From Scenedesmus sp. PABB004 (taxonomy: Eukaryota): 64,000 nucleotides of DNA. A model generated the notes under the pieces. That model did not search any database, had not been told where the DNA came from, and saw only the letters and a program-made list of their open reading frames with translations. The stretch spans positions 1 to 64,000 of the forward strand of contig JABVCE010000021.1 of NCBI GenBank assembly GCA_014905635.1, in the 5' to 3' direction. Positions 62,956 through 64,000 of this stretch are shown here, in pieces. The translations under genes were made by a program, and so were the position numbers. Numbering within the stretch: position 1 is the first letter of the stretch; the number at the start of each line of letters is the position of its first letter.

Positions 62956-64000
62956 ATGCGGCGGGCGGGAGCTCTGGCAGCGGCCGTCGCGGCGCGGCGC
63001 GCAGGTGGGGCGGGGAGCGGCCGCGCAGGCGCAACGAGATCACGCCCGGCGCTGCGCGGCGTCCCGGCCACCCCAGGCCCCGCCCGCGCGTGGCGCGACA
63101 GACGCGGCGGCCAGGCGTCGGAGACCGCAGCCCCGCGCGCCGCCGGCCGCCGCGCGCCGCTGGCGGCCAACCCCTGCCGCTGCTGCTGCCGCGCCCGCCG
63201 CCGCGCGATCGATCCGCAGGCGCTGTCGCCGCGGCCGAGGGCGCCGCAGCAGGGTGAGGCGGCGGCGGCGCAGGCGCCGCTCCGGCGGTTCGGCGGCGCG
63301 CGCAGGCGGTGGGGGCCGCGCCGACGCCGAATCGCCGCCGCCGCCGCCGCAGGTGGCCCGCCGCGTCGGCGCCGGCGCAGCAGGCGCTGCGCGGGCTGGC
63401 TGGCGGCCCCGGCCCCGCGATCGTGCCCAACCCGCTGCAGCAGATCGTGCCGCCCATCCTCAAGGGCATCGGCGGGGGTTTGTCGGGCGCCAAGGCCGGC
63501 GCCGCGGCGGCGTGGGAGCAGGTGACGTCGGGCCCCGCCACGCGCGGCGCGATCGCCTACTTTGCTGACAAGCTGCTGCTCAGCGGCACGTTTGTGTCGC
63601 CGGAGGACCTCGACCTCGCCAAGTGGGCGGCCTGGCTGGCGGGCAACGGCTACACGAGCAAGGCGGGCTGGGACGTGCTCGTGGCCGGCATTAAGGTGCG
63701 GGGGGGTGTGGGTGTGCGGGTGCTGTGGGTGTGGGTGTGGGTGGGTGTGTGTGTGTGTGTGTGTGGGGGGGGGGGGGTTGCGTACGCGCCTGCTGCCGCA
63801 CGGCAGCAGCAGCGGCCCGGCGGGGCGGCGGCGGCCGCGCGGCGCCCCGAGCGCGCGTCGCCGCTGCGTGGGCGGCCCGCGCAGGCCAAGGCGTCCAGTC
63901 TGGGCCCCGCCGAGATTGAGACGCTCGGCCCCGCGCTGCACGCGGTCGGGCGGTACGACAAGGAGCTCTTTGCGACCTTTGCGGAGACCATCAAGGTGCG
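62956..64000 (+). CDS. ASA3: Mitochondrial ATP synthase peripheral-stalk subunit ASA3, 5' part (truncated by window end)
   Basis: Exons approx 62956-63004, 63220-63253, 63353-63695 and 63885-63995 join in phase. Presequence-like start, then DLDLAKWAAWL..GY...GWDVLV...IETLGPALHAVGRYDKELFATFAETIK, resembling recalled ASA3 (IEQLTPALKALGRYEEALY..F..ITK). Confidence 0.78.

Overview
Left end of a nuclear chromosome from a very GC-rich, intron-rich green alga. The ASA2 and ASA3 genes place it in Chlorophyceae; TTTAGGG telomeres plus extreme GC suggest Sphaeropleales (inference). The window starts with a (CCCTAAA)n telomere. Directly against it sits a ~270-bp 5'-truncated non-LTR retroelement remnant with a (TATCTT)n tail, flanked by a 7-bp direct repeat (ATCTGCC) whose left copy touches the last telomeric repeat. 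About 19 spliced or intronless host genes follow: a cupredoxin-like/C2H2-like protein, ASA2, an STPG2-like SHIPPO protein, PRP3, a ubiquitin-like protein, an OTU/SEC-C deubiquitinase, PIG-W, ESF1, a KDM3-type JmjC demethylase, a CmcI-type methyltransferase, a DnaJ protein, a leishmanolysin, PSRP6, a GT77 glycosyltransferase with an EF-hand, an MDR oxidoreductase, PGAP1, ASA3 (truncated by the window) and two hypothetical genes. A complete 4.19-kb hAT transposon (15-bp TIRs, 8-bp palindromic TSD) lies at 47068-51257. GC-AG introns are frequent, and one intron carries a head-to-head telomere-like motif. Most long ORFs in the six-frame track are GC-driven shadow frames. Gene models were built by eye from splice signals and remembered protein-family motifs, with no database search, so exon boundaries are approximate. 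Several conserved genes show single-base frameshifts, probably assembly errors.
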